Assembly: GCA_903958395.1 (NCBI GenBank)
Contig: CAJBSZ010000384.1
Location: 3,156 to 67,155, forward strand
Length of the DNA stretch: 64,000 nucleotides
Direction of reading: 5' to 3'
Source: an uncultured bacterium
Lineage (GTDB): Bacteria > Verrucomicrobiota > Kiritimatiellia > CAIKKV01 > CAITUY01
The translations under genes and the position numbers were made by a program. Position 1 is the stretch's first letter. Every line of letters begins with the position of its first letter. Under the pieces are notes generated by a model. It searched no databases. It was not told the origin of the DNA and worked only from the letters and a program-made list of their open reading frames with translations. Shown in pieces: positions 48,861 through 57,522 of the stretch.

Positions 48861-50564
48861 ATGTTTAATACACTCCCTGCATTTCTTGCTTCACCTGTTT
48901 TCGCCGTGGCCGCCCCGGATGCCCTCAAGGGCAGCACCCTCGACACGGGTATTGTCATCGGTTTTATCATGTTCTTTGTGGTGGCGAGTATTGTCATCAC
49001 GTGGTGGACCAGTCGCTCCACCAAGTCCGCCAGTGATTTTTACGTGGCCGGGAAAGGGGTTCCCTGGGTCCAGGTGGGCATTGCCATGGTGGGAAGCTAT
49101 CTTTCCGCTGCAAGTTTCCTGGGCTGTGCAGGCGACATCGGGGTGTTCGGGATCGACTCGATCTGGCTCTCCATCGGCTTCTTCGGCGGGTACATGGCCG
49201 TGTTGCTGCTGATTGCCGGTCCCTTGCGCAATGTGGGTTCCTATACGGTGGCGGGAGCCCTGTACCGCCGCTTTCCCGATGACCGTGTCAAGCTGGCGGT
49301 GATGGTCTGTACCATCGTGATTTCCACCTTCTACCTGGTGCCCCAGATGCTGGGTGCCGGATTGTTGTTCGAAATGCTGCTGGGCTGGAATTTTGTCTGG
49401 GTGACTGTCGGGCTCGGCGTCTTGATGAGTGTCTACATCATCTTTGGCGGCATGAAGTCTACCCTTTACAACCAGGTCATCCAGGCGGTGTTTCTCTGGA
49501 TTGCCATGGTGGTGCTGACGGTGATGGCCTATTTCGTCGTGGGTCATGGCTCATTTTCGGGGATTCTGCAGAGCGCCTATGAGACGGTGCCCCCCATGCT
49601 TGCTGGCAAGAATCCGGAAGCGGTGAAAGCGATTGCCGGGTTGTCTGCGGAGCAGGCCATTACGGCCGTTCGTCAGGTAATGCCCGCGGCGGATAGCGTC
49701 ATGTCCATTGGCGTCAAGACCGACAGTACGCTGGCCATGATCAGCACTGTCATCGCGCTGGTATTTGGAACGGCGGGACTGCCGCATATCCTGATCATGT
49801 TCTTTACCGTCCCCAGCGCGCGGGCGGCGAAGAAGAGCGTGACGCTCTGCATCGTGGCGTTGGGCATCTTCTACTTGTGCGCAATAATTCTCGGCTTCCT
49901 GCTTTTCCCCGCCATCTATCCCAAGCTGGTGGGTTGGATTGCGCAGGGAGCGACCGGGGTCGGATTGGCCAAGAATATGGCCGTTCTCGAGATCAGTCAG
50001 ATGGTTGGCGGTCCCTGGTTGATGGCCATCGGCGCGGCCGGTGCCGTTGCGGCGATTTTGTCCACCGCCGCCGGGCTGATGATCACTGTGGCCTCTTCCA
50101 TCAGTCATGACCTCTATAAGGTCTACATCAATCGGAATGCCACCGAGAAACAGGAACTCGGGATTGCCAAGGTCACCACCCTGGTGATGTCTGCCGTTGC
50201 GGTTTCTTTGGCGGTCCTCCTGAAAAACGAAAATATTGCCTGGCTGGTGATGCTGGCCTTTGGCATTGCCGCCAGCGCCATCTTCCCGGCTATGCTGGCC
50301 ACCCTGTGGTGGAAGCGGACGACCCGGCAGGCCGTGATTGGCAGTATCCTGACTGGACTGGCCGTGTCCGTGTTATTCATCGTCCTGTTGTTCATCAAGG
50401 GAGTCAAATACAAGTTTCTCGGGTTGCCGGTGGCGGGCGGGCCGGGCCTCTTCGGGGTCAGCGCCTCATTTATCGTGCTCTTCGTTGTCAGTCTTGTGAC
50501 GAAGGATACCGGCAAGGATCCGGATCAGTTCCTGGCATTGGCTCACAAGCCCGACGTAGATTGA
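48861..50564 (+). CDS. actP: cation/acetate (monocarboxylate) symporter, SSS family
   Basis: About 13 TM; SSS signatures (DFYVAGKGVPW, GGMKST); start at MFNTLP, 6 nt after the DUF485 stop. Confidence 0.82.
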   Translation: MFNTLPAFLASPVFAVAAPDALKGSTLDTGIVIGFIMFFVVASIVITWWTSRSTKSASDFYVAGKGVPWVQVGIAMVGSYLSAASFLGCAGDIGVFGIDSIWLSIGFFGGYMAVLLLIAGPLRNVGSYTVAGALYRRFPDDRVKLAVMVCTIVISTFYLVPQMLGAGLLFEMLLGWNFVWVTVGLGVLMSVYIIFGGMKSTLYNQVIQAVFLWIAMVVLTVMAYFVVGHGSFSGILQSAYETVPPMLAGKNPEAVKAIAGLSAEQAITAVRQVMPAADSVMSIGVKTDSTLAMISTVIALVFGTAGLPHILIMFFTVPSARAAKKSVTLCIVALGIFYLCAIILGFLLFPAIYPKLVGWIAQGATGVGLAKNMAVLEISQMVGGPWLMAIGAAGAVAAILSTAAGLMITVASSISHDLYKVYINRNATEKQELGIAKVTTLVMSAVAVSLAVLLKNENIAWLVMLAFGIAASAIFPAMLATLWWKRTTRQAVIGSILTGLAVSVLFIVLLFIKGVKYKFLGLPVAGGPGLFGVSASFIVLFVVSLVTKDTGKDPDQFLALAHKPDVD

Positions 50565-50566
50565 AT

Positions 50567-51868
50567 TTAATGGCTCAGCCCGTTCTGAAGCAGAAAGACG
50601 GCAATACCGGAAAAATATCCGAGTGCGGCCAGGCCGCCGATTTTTTTCGCATACCAGAAGAAGTGAATTTTCTCCAGTCCCATGGCGGCCACGCCTGCGG
50701 CTGAGCCGATAATGAGAATCGATCCGCCGGTGCCGGCGCAGTAGGACATGAAGCCCCAGAGAAAACTGTCAGGCGGGTAGGTTGCCAGGTCGTACATTCC
50801 CATGGAGGCGGCAACCAGAGGAACGTTATCGACCACCGCGCTGGCAAGGCCGATCAAGGTGACGATGATGTCCTGGCGACCGACCGTCCGGTCGAGCCAC
50901 CCGGCGAGGGAGGCGAGAATGTGCGTATGTTCCAGAGTGGCCACGGCCAGAAGGATGCCCACAAAGAAGACGATGCAACTCATGTCGATGCGTTTCAGCG
51001 CCGCCGTCAGGGTGAGGTGCAGCTTGAATTCGTCCTTTTTGTTGCGGTGAAGCAACTCTCCCACCAGCCAGAGAATGCCCAGGCCAAAGAGGATTCCCAT
51101 AAACGGGGGCAGATGAGTCACCGACTTGAACAGGGGCACCGCGACCAGGGTCCCGATGCCCAGGCAGAAGATAAAGGTTCGCTCAAAGGGGGTTGTCTGC
51201 ATGAGGCTGTCACTGGCGCTGCTTTTCGGGGGTACGACCAGTTTGCCGCGGAGGGTGAAGGTCAACAGGATCAACGGCACCACAAGGCAGGCCAGGGAGG
51301 GGAGGAAAACGCCTTTCATGATATTGAGTGTGGTGATCTGGCCGCCGATCCACAGCATGGTTGTGGTGACATCGCCAATGGGGGTCCAGGCTCCGCCGGC
51401 ATTGGCGGCAATGACAATGATGCCGGCAAAAAAGAGGCGGTCATCATGCCGGTCGAGCAGTCGTTTCATGAGGGAGATCATGACGATGGTGGTCGTCAGG
51501 TTATCGAGAATCGAACTCAGGAAAAAGCTGACAAATCCCACCAGCCAGAGCAATGAGGTGAGTTTAGCGGTCTTGATTCGCGAGGTGATGACATAAAAAC
51601 CGTTATGGGCATCGATCACCTCGACAATCGTCATGGCTCCCATCAGGAAGAAGACGATCTGGGCCGTGGCCGCCACGGATTCATTCAAATTGTGCTTTAC
51701 GGCCTCGTGATCACCGGTCATCAGGGCATAGAGTGTCCAGAGGAGCCCGGCGCCGATAAGTGCGGAAGCCGTTTTATTAACCTTGAGTGGGTGCTCAAGC
51801 GCAATGGCGGTATAGGCCAGAATAAATACGATAATCAGTGCTGTAATCATCCGGTCACGATATCGCAC
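50567..51868 (-). CDS. nhaD: NhaD/ArsB-superfamily Na+/H+ antiporter
   Basis: 433 aa, ~11 TM, NhaD-like repeat architecture. Confidence 0.7.
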   Translation of the reverse strand: MRYRDRMITALIIVFILAYTAIALEHPLKVNKTASALIGAGLLWTLYALMTGDHEAVKHNLNESVAATAQIVFFLMGAMTIVEVIDAHNGFYVITSRIKTAKLTSLLWLVGFVSFFLSSILDNLTTTIVMISLMKRLLDRHDDRLFFAGIIVIAANAGGAWTPIGDVTTTMLWIGGQITTLNIMKGVFLPSLACLVVPLILLTFTLRGKLVVPPKSSASDSLMQTTPFERTFIFCLGIGTLVAVPLFKSVTHLPPFMGILFGLGILWLVGELLHRNKKDEFKLHLTLTAALKRIDMSCIVFFVGILLAVATLEHTHILASLAGWLDRTVGRQDIIVTLIGLASAVVDNVPLVAASMGMYDLATYPPDSFLWGFMSYCAGTGGSILIIGSAAGVAAMGLEKIHFFWYAKKIGGLAALGYFSGIAVFLLQNGLSH

Positions 51869-51909
51869 TTCGTCTTGAGAAGGAAATAGTAATTATTGGG
51901 GCGCATTAT

Positions 51910-51941
51910 TCTGGATTCTGTACTCTGGATTCTGTATTCTG
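51910..51941 (+). repeat. 2.3-copy 14-bp tandem direct repeat (TCTGGATTCTGTAY) abutting the PSP1 start codon
   Basis: Read directly: TCTGGATTCTGTAC TCTGGATTCTGTAT TCTG then ATG. Confidence 0.6.
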
Positions 51942-52790
51942 ATGGGCGTGTACCGTTCTCTAACCATTCATCTTGAAGATGATTCGCTGATTCAGGCTGT
52001 GAGTCCGGCTGAATTAGCCATTCATCGGGGTGATTTTTGCGTGGTGGAGTGTCAGCGGGTGCCTGAATTCGGGCAGGTGGTTCAGTTGGCGGATCAGGAG
52101 GGAGCCCTCCCGCAGCGTGGCGCGGCACCGGTTGTCCTGCGCCGGGCGACCTTGCAGGATCAGGCCCGGGCGCGGGAAAACTCGTTGACCGGGCGCATGG
52201 CCTCCAAGACGGTTCATAAACGGGTTGATGAACAGAAACTTCCCCTTCGCCTGCTTCATGTGCGCTACAGTTTTGACCGGTCTATTCTCCACGTGACGTT
52301 CACGGCGGAGGAGCGTATCGAGTATACCGAATTTGTCAGATCATTGGCCGGTGAATTACAGGCGCGTATCGAGATGAAATTCCTTGGCGTCCGGGATGTC
52401 GCCCGGTTGGTGGGCGGCATGGGAGTCTGCGGTCGGTCGATCTGCTGCAAGTCATGGCTCAAGGATTTCGAGGGGGTGAGCGTTAAAATGGCCAAGACCC
52501 AGCGGCTGACACTCAATCCGACCACGATCAGCGGAATGTGCGGACGGTTGAAGTGCTGTCTGAAATACGAGTTCGACAGCTATCGCCAGATGGGGGAATC
52601 CCTTCCCCGTGACGGTGCGCCCGTACGGTGCGGGGATGGGTGTGGGTGTGTTTGGGACAAGGATATCATGGGGCAGCGGGTGAAGGTGCGTCTGGAGGAT
52701 GGGCGGATACTGGATTATCCCGCTGACGAGGTTCAGTCGATTCCTGAGTCCTTTCCCAGGAATGGAAGAAAACAGGAGATACAGGAATGA
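51942..52790 (+). CDS. PSP1 C-terminal domain protein (RicT/YaaT-like)
   Basis: Conserved PSP1 core LHVTFTAEERIEYTEFVRSLAGELQARIEMKFLGVRDVARLVGGMGVCGRSICCKSWL...GMCGRLKCCLKYE. Confidence 0.72.
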   Translation: MGVYRSLTIHLEDDSLIQAVSPAELAIHRGDFCVVECQRVPEFGQVVQLADQEGALPQRGAAPVVLRRATLQDQARARENSLTGRMASKTVHKRVDEQKLPLRLLHVRYSFDRSILHVTFTAEERIEYTEFVRSLAGELQARIEMKFLGVRDVARLVGGMGVCGRSICCKSWLKDFEGVSVKMAKTQRLTLNPTTISGMCGRLKCCLKYEFDSYRQMGESLPRDGAPVRCGDGCGCVWDKDIMGQRVKVRLEDGRILDYPADEVQSIPESFPRNGRKQEIQE

Positions 52791-53698
52791 AGCCGGTTCA
52801 ATTAGTCGTGGTCGGGTCGATCGGGTTGGATACCATTGAAACTCCGCATGCCCGGAAGTCAGAGATTCTCGGGGGCTCGGTCAGCTATGCCTGCGCCGGT
52901 GCCTCGTTTTTCGCCACTACCGGAATGGTGGGGGTGGTCGGCGCGGATTTTCCGGAACCCTGCGTGGACGTCTACCGTCAGTTCGGGATTGATCTGAAGG
53001 GGCTACAGAAGGCGCCGGGTAAAACCTTCCGCTGGTCCGGCGTCTATGAACAGGACATGAATAACCGCCGGACCCTTGCCACGGATCTCAATGTCCTGGG
53101 GACATTCATGCCTGAACTTCCGGATGACTACACCCGGGCACCGTTTCTATTCCTGGCCAACATTTCGCCCGAATTGCAGCTTCATGTCCTGTCCCAGGTC
53201 AAGTCACCCAAGTTCGTTGTGGCCGACACGATGGATCTCTGGATCAATATTGCCCGCAAGCCCCTGATGGAGGTCATCAGCGCGGTCGATCTGCTGACGC
53301 TCAACGAATCCGAGGCGCGACTGTTGTCCGGTGAGAACAACCTGATCAAGGCGGCCCGGATGATTCTGGGCTGCGGACCCAAGTATGTCATCATCAAGAA
53401 GGGCGAACACGGGGCGATGCTGTTCTCGAAATCAGGGATGTTCATCGTGCACGCCTATCCGCTGGAAGTGGTCCATGATCCCACTGGCGCCGGGGACACC
53501 TTTGCCGGCGGATTCATGGGTGCCTTGAGCGAGCGCGGGGATGTAAATGAGGCGGCTATCCGCAAGGCCATGAGTTACGGCAGCGTCGTGGCGTCCTTCG
53601 GCGTGGAGGATTTCAGTCTGGCCCGCCTTCAGAATTTGTCGCGAAGCGATATTGAACAGCGGCATGAGGCATTCCGGGCATTGACCCATCTGGGCTAG
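52787..53698 (+). CDS. PfkB-family carbohydrate/nucleoside kinase
   Basis: Ribokinase-like fold with the C-terminal DPTGAGDTFAGGF anion-hole motif. Confidence 0.75.
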   Translation: MKPVQLVVVGSIGLDTIETPHARKSEILGGSVSYACAGASFFATTGMVGVVGADFPEPCVDVYRQFGIDLKGLQKAPGKTFRWSGVYEQDMNNRRTLATDLNVLGTFMPELPDDYTRAPFLFLANISPELQLHVLSQVKSPKFVVADTMDLWINIARKPLMEVISAVDLLTLNESEARLLSGENNLIKAARMILGCGPKYVIIKKGEHGAMLFSKSGMFIVHAYPLEVVHDPTGAGDTFAGGFMGALSERGDVNEAAIRKAMSYGSVVASFGVEDFSLARLQNLSRSDIEQRHEAFRALTHLG

Positions 53699-53767
53699 AA
53701 AGTCCCGGCGCCTCCGGATTTTTCATGGACAATAACTATCGGGAGGACTATAAATATTTGCTCATAC

Positions 53768-53783
53768 CGTTAATTTCTTAACG
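53768..53783 (+). promoter_or_regulatory. candidate Rex operator upstream of the first hydrogenase operon
   Basis: Perfect 6-4-6 palindrome CGTTAAtttcTTAACG, 20 nt upstream of the hydC1 ATG; resembles the TTGTTAA-N4-TTAACAA Rex box class. Confidence 0.5.
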
Positions 53784-53803
53784 AAATATCGAGGAGCACG
53801 ACG

Positions 53804-54352
53804 ATGGCAGAATCTAAACATCTGTGTGACTGTCAACAGCAGGTTGATGAAGTCAAATGTCTTAAACGCCTGGATGTCGTCATCAAGGAATATCGGGAAA
53901 AGCCCGGGGCATTGATTCCTGTGCTCCAGATCGCCCAGGGGCTGTTCGGCTATCTTCCGGAAGTGGCGCTCAAGCGGATCAGTCTCGGCCTGGACAAATC
54001 CTACAGTGAAGTGGCCGGGGTGGTCGGGTTCTACTCGTTTTTTTCCACCGTTCCACGGGGCCGCAATCTGATCCGGGTCTGCCTGGGGACGGCGTGCTAT
54101 GTTCGTGGGGGCAAACAGGTGCTTGAGGCCATCAAGAAGCATCTGGGCATTGATGTGGGGCAGACCACGCCCGACAAACTTTTTTCGCTCGAGGTGGCCC
54201 GGTGTTTCGGCGCCTGTGGACTGGCCCCCGCCATCACCGTGAATGACGATGTCCATCAGCGGGTCAAGTCCGCGAAGGTGCATGAGATCATTAATTCCTA
54301 CAGGAAAGTTCCAAAAGGCAAGGCGGCCAGGCAGAAGAGGGTGAAGTCATGA
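53804..54352 (+). CDS. hydC: NuoE-like [2Fe-2S] thioredoxin-fold subunit (HydC/HndA type)
   Basis: IPVLQIAQ...CLGTACYVRGG...CFGACGLAP NuoE cysteine pattern; GAGGAG RBS. Confidence 0.85.
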   Translation: MAESKHLCDCQQQVDEVKCLKRLDVVIKEYREKPGALIPVLQIAQGLFGYLPEVALKRISLGLDKSYSEVAGVVGFYSFFSTVPRGRNLIRVCLGTACYVRGGKQVLEAIKKHLGIDVGQTTPDKLFSLEVARCFGACGLAPAITVNDDVHQRVKSAKVHEIINSYRKVPKGKAARQKRVKS

Positions 54353-57300
54353 CAGCACACAGGAAGATCGCAACCCCGGCCGCCCTGAAGGCTTTGGCGG
54401 CTGAATACAAAATCAAAGTTGAAGGCCGGATCCAGACCGGCGGTAAGGCACCCTCCGGAAAGATCAAGCATCATGTCCTCGTCTGTACCGGCGGCGGATG
54501 CATTGCATCGGGTGCGCTCGATGTCAAGGCCGCGCTGGAACAGGAAATCAAGCGGCTTGGCCTGGCTTCCCAGGTGAAGGTGTTTGCTACCGGGTGCCTG
54601 GGTCCCTGTGCGGTTGGTCCCGTGGTCGTGGTCTATCCCGAAGGGACATTCTACGAGAATCTCACGCCGAAGCGCGCGGTCCGGATTGCCCGGGAACACC
54701 TGAAGAAAGGGAAGATTGTGGAGGAGTTTGTCCACAAGAAGGAGCCCTTCCAAACCCCCGTGCCGGCCATGAAGGACATCGAGTTCCTGAACAAGCAGAC
54801 CAAGATCGTCCTGCGCAATTGCGGCATCATCGATCCCCTCAGTATTGAGGAGTATATCGGGCGCGACGGGTATCTGGCGTTGGCCAAAGTCCTGACCACG
54901 ATGAAGCCCGACGAGGTCATTGAGACCATTAAACAATCCGGCCTGCGCGGGCGGGGCGGGGCGGGGTTCCCAACATGGATGAAGTGGAGCCTGACCCGTA
55001 AGGCGGCGGGCGGTGAGAAGTACATGCTCTGCAACGCCGATGAGGGCGATCCCGGAGCGTTCATGGATCGTAGCGTGCTGGAGGGCGACCCCCACAGCGT
55101 GATCGAGGCCATGGTTATCGGCGCCTATGCGGTGGGCGCGTCAAAGGGGTTTGTGTATTGCCGTGCGGAATATCCGTTGGCGGTGGAACGGTTGACCAAA
55201 GCCATTGAAAGCGCCCGGGAGTCCGGCTTTCTGGGGAACGCCATTTTCGGATCGGATTTTAATTTTGACCTTGAAATCCGAATGGGAGCAGGCGCTTTTG
55301 TCTGCGGCGAGGAAACCGCGCTCATGACCTCCATCGAGGGGCAGCGCGGCGAGCCGCGCCCGCGTCCCCCCTTCCCGGCGAACAAGGGACTCTGGGGCAA
55401 GCCCAGCGTTTTAAATAATGTGGAAACCTATGCCTCCATCCCTGCCATTATCAATCGGGGGGCGGACTGGTTTGCCTCGTACGGAACCGGGAAGAGCAAG
55501 GGGACCAAGGTGTTCGCGCTGGCTGGTGCCGTGACCATGACGGGGCTGGTGGAAGTGCCGGTCGGAACCCCGCTCGGCGAGATCATCTATGATATCGGGG
55601 GCGGCATCCCCAACGGGAAGAAGTTCAAGGCGGCCCAGATTGGCGGGCCCTCAGGCGGGTGTATTCCGCGCCAGCACCTTAATGTGCCGGTGGACTATGA
55701 ATCCCTGGCGGAGCTCGGCGCGATCATGGGATCCGGCGGCTTGATCGTCATGGATGAGGACACCTGCATGGTGGATGTGGCCCGTTATTTCCTGGATTTT
55801 GTTCAGGATGAGTCGTGTGGAAAGTGCGTGCCCTGCCGCGTGGGCACCAAGCGAATGCTCGAGATTCTTGACCGGATTTGCGAGGGCCATGGCGAGATGG
55901 AGGATATCGATCGCCTGATCTCGCTGGGACACCAGATCCGCGACACGGCTCTGTGCGGACTCGGTCAGACGGCCGCCAATCCGGTTCTTTCGACGATCCG
56001 GCATTTCCGGAACGAGTACGAGGCGCATATCCGGCAGAAGCATTGCGAAGCCGGGATTTGCCCCGGGCTGGTTCGGGCTCCCTGCCAGAGCGCCTGTCCC
56101 GCCCATGTGGATGTTCCGGGATTTGTATCGCTGGTTGGCGAGAAACGGTATTCCGAAGCGTTAAAACTGCATCGTGAGCGCAATCCGTTTGCCTCGGTTT
56201 GTGCCCGGGTCTGTTTCCATACCTGTGAGGATAAGTGCCGCCGGGCCTCGCTCGATGATTCCGTTTCGATCCGGGGCATCAAGCGCTACATGGTGGATCA
56301 GGAGCTCAAGCCCCTGATTCCCGCCGTCCGGGAGAACAAGGAAAATGCGAAGCGCAAGGTGGCGATCATCGGTGCCGGTCCGGCAGGCTTGTCCTGCGCC
56401 TATTTTCTGGCCCGGCTGGGGTATCAGCCGAAGGTCTTCGAGGCGGAACCGCGGCCCGGGGGCATGCTGGTGCAGACCATTCCGGCCTACCGGTTACCGC
56501 GTGAGTTGCTGGCCCGGGAAATCCGGATGATTGAGCGGATGGGGGTGGAGATCAAGACGGGTAAGAAACTCGGTCGCGACTTTACCCTGGAGTCCCTCAA
56601 GAATCAGGGCTATGACGCCGTCTTTGTGGGCGTTGGTGCACCGGATGGAGTTCGTGTGGAGATGCCGGGCAGTGACGCCCGGGGCGTGGTTGAATCCATT
56701 GCCTTCCTGCGCGAATATAATCTCCGGGGGTCCGTCAAGGTGGGCAAGAAGGTGATCGTGGTCGGTGGCGGTAATGCGGCGATTGACGCCGCCCGGACCG
56801 CGCTGCGCCTGGGCGCGGCGGTGACGGTGGTGTACCGGCGCACCGAAGCAGAAATGCCGGCTTATGCCGAGGAAATCGAGCAGGCCCGCCAGGAGGGGGT
56901 TATTCTGCAGACGCTGACTGCGCCCGAGGAAATCATCGTCAAGAACGGTTCCGTGGCTGGGATGCGCTGCCGCCGGATGAAGCTGGGCGAGTTTGACCGG
57001 TCCGGCCGTCGCCGCCCGGAAGGGAGCGGGGAGGAACTGGTGCTGGATGCCGACCAGGTCATTTTGGCCATCGGCCAGACACTGGATGCCAAAAAGGTGA
57101 TTGGCGATCTTCCTGTTGAATTGATCGGGAAGAGCCAGATCATGGCGGAGGCCCTGACGGGAAAAACGAGCGTTCCCTGGCTCTTTGCCGGTGGCGATGC
57201 CGCCGTGGGCCCGTCGTCCGTCGTGGAGGCCGTGGCGTCCGGCGAGCGCGCGGCGGTCGGGATGGATGCGTACCTGACGGGTGAATCGCACGCCTTCTGG

Positions 57301-57522
57301 CGGGTCGAGGCGGTCGTGGAGACCGGGTTTGATCCCGATGCCGATCCCCGGATGGATCCCCGTGGCACGCTGGTGCTGTTGCCGGCGGAACGGCGGACAA
57401 ATAACTTTGATGAAGTGGAGCAATCCTGGTCGGAGACTGAGGCCGTGCGACAGGCCCGCCGGTGTCTCCGGTGTGATTACAGGGCGAAGGAAGAAAGCGA
57501 GAGTGTGCCATGCCGAAAGTGA
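54349..57522 (+). CDS. fusion protein: N-terminal [2Fe-2S] thioredoxin-like domain + NuoF-like FMN/NADH-binding core + C-terminal GltD/NfnB-like NADPH:FAD oxidoreductase module
   Basis: Residues 1-120 HndB-like 2Fe-2S (VCTGGGC...CLGPC); 130-560 NuoF (GLRGRGGAGFPT FMN site, ESCGKCVPCRVG 4Fe-4S); 560-1057 GltD (CEAGICPG...CQSACPAHVD, CARVCFHTCEDKC, VAIIGAGPAGLSCAYF, VIVVGGGNAAIDAA). Continuous 1057-aa ORF. Confidence 0.85.
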   Translation: MTAHRKIATPAALKALAAEYKIKVEGRIQTGGKAPSGKIKHHVLVCTGGGCIASGALDVKAALEQEIKRLGLASQVKVFATGCLGPCAVGPVVVVYPEGTFYENLTPKRAVRIAREHLKKGKIVEEFVHKKEPFQTPVPAMKDIEFLNKQTKIVLRNCGIIDPLSIEEYIGRDGYLALAKVLTTMKPDEVIETIKQSGLRGRGGAGFPTWMKWSLTRKAAGGEKYMLCNADEGDPGAFMDRSVLEGDPHSVIEAMVIGAYAVGASKGFVYCRAEYPLAVERLTKAIESARESGFLGNAIFGSDFNFDLEIRMGAGAFVCGEETALMTSIEGQRGEPRPRPPFPANKGLWGKPSVLNNVETYASIPAIINRGADWFASYGTGKSKGTKVFALAGAVTMTGLVEVPVGTPLGEIIYDIGGGIPNGKKFKAAQIGGPSGGCIPRQHLNVPVDYESLAELGAIMGSGGLIVMDEDTCMVDVARYFLDFVQDESCGKCVPCRVGTKRMLEILDRICEGHGEMEDIDRLISLGHQIRDTALCGLGQTAANPVLSTIRHFRNEYEAHIRQKHCEAGICPGLVRAPCQSACPAHVDVPGFVSLVGEKRYSEALKLHRERNPFASVCARVCFHTCEDKCRRASLDDSVSIRGIKRYMVDQELKPLIPAVRENKENAKRKVAIIGAGPAGLSCAYFLARLGYQPKVFEAEPRPGGMLVQTIPAYRLPRELLAREIRMIERMGVEIKTGKKLGRDFTLESLKNQGYDAVFVGVGAPDGVRVEMPGSDARGVVESIAFLREYNLRGSVKVGKKVIVVGGGNAAIDAARTALRLGAAVTVVYRRTEAEMPAYAEEIEQARQEGVILQTLTAPEEIIVKNGSVAGMRCRRMKLGEFDRSGRRRPEGSGEELVLDADQVILAIGQTLDAKKVIGDLPVELIGKSQIMAEALTGKTSVPWLFAGGDAAVGPSSVVEAVASGERAAVGMDAYLTGESHAFWRVEAVVETGFDPDADPRMDPRGTLVLLPAERRTNNFDEVEQSWSETEAVRQARRCLRCDYRAKEESESVPCRK

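Noticed and set aside
56494-57423. 309-aa minus-strand ORF
   Set aside because: Antisense to the GltD module of the fusion gene.
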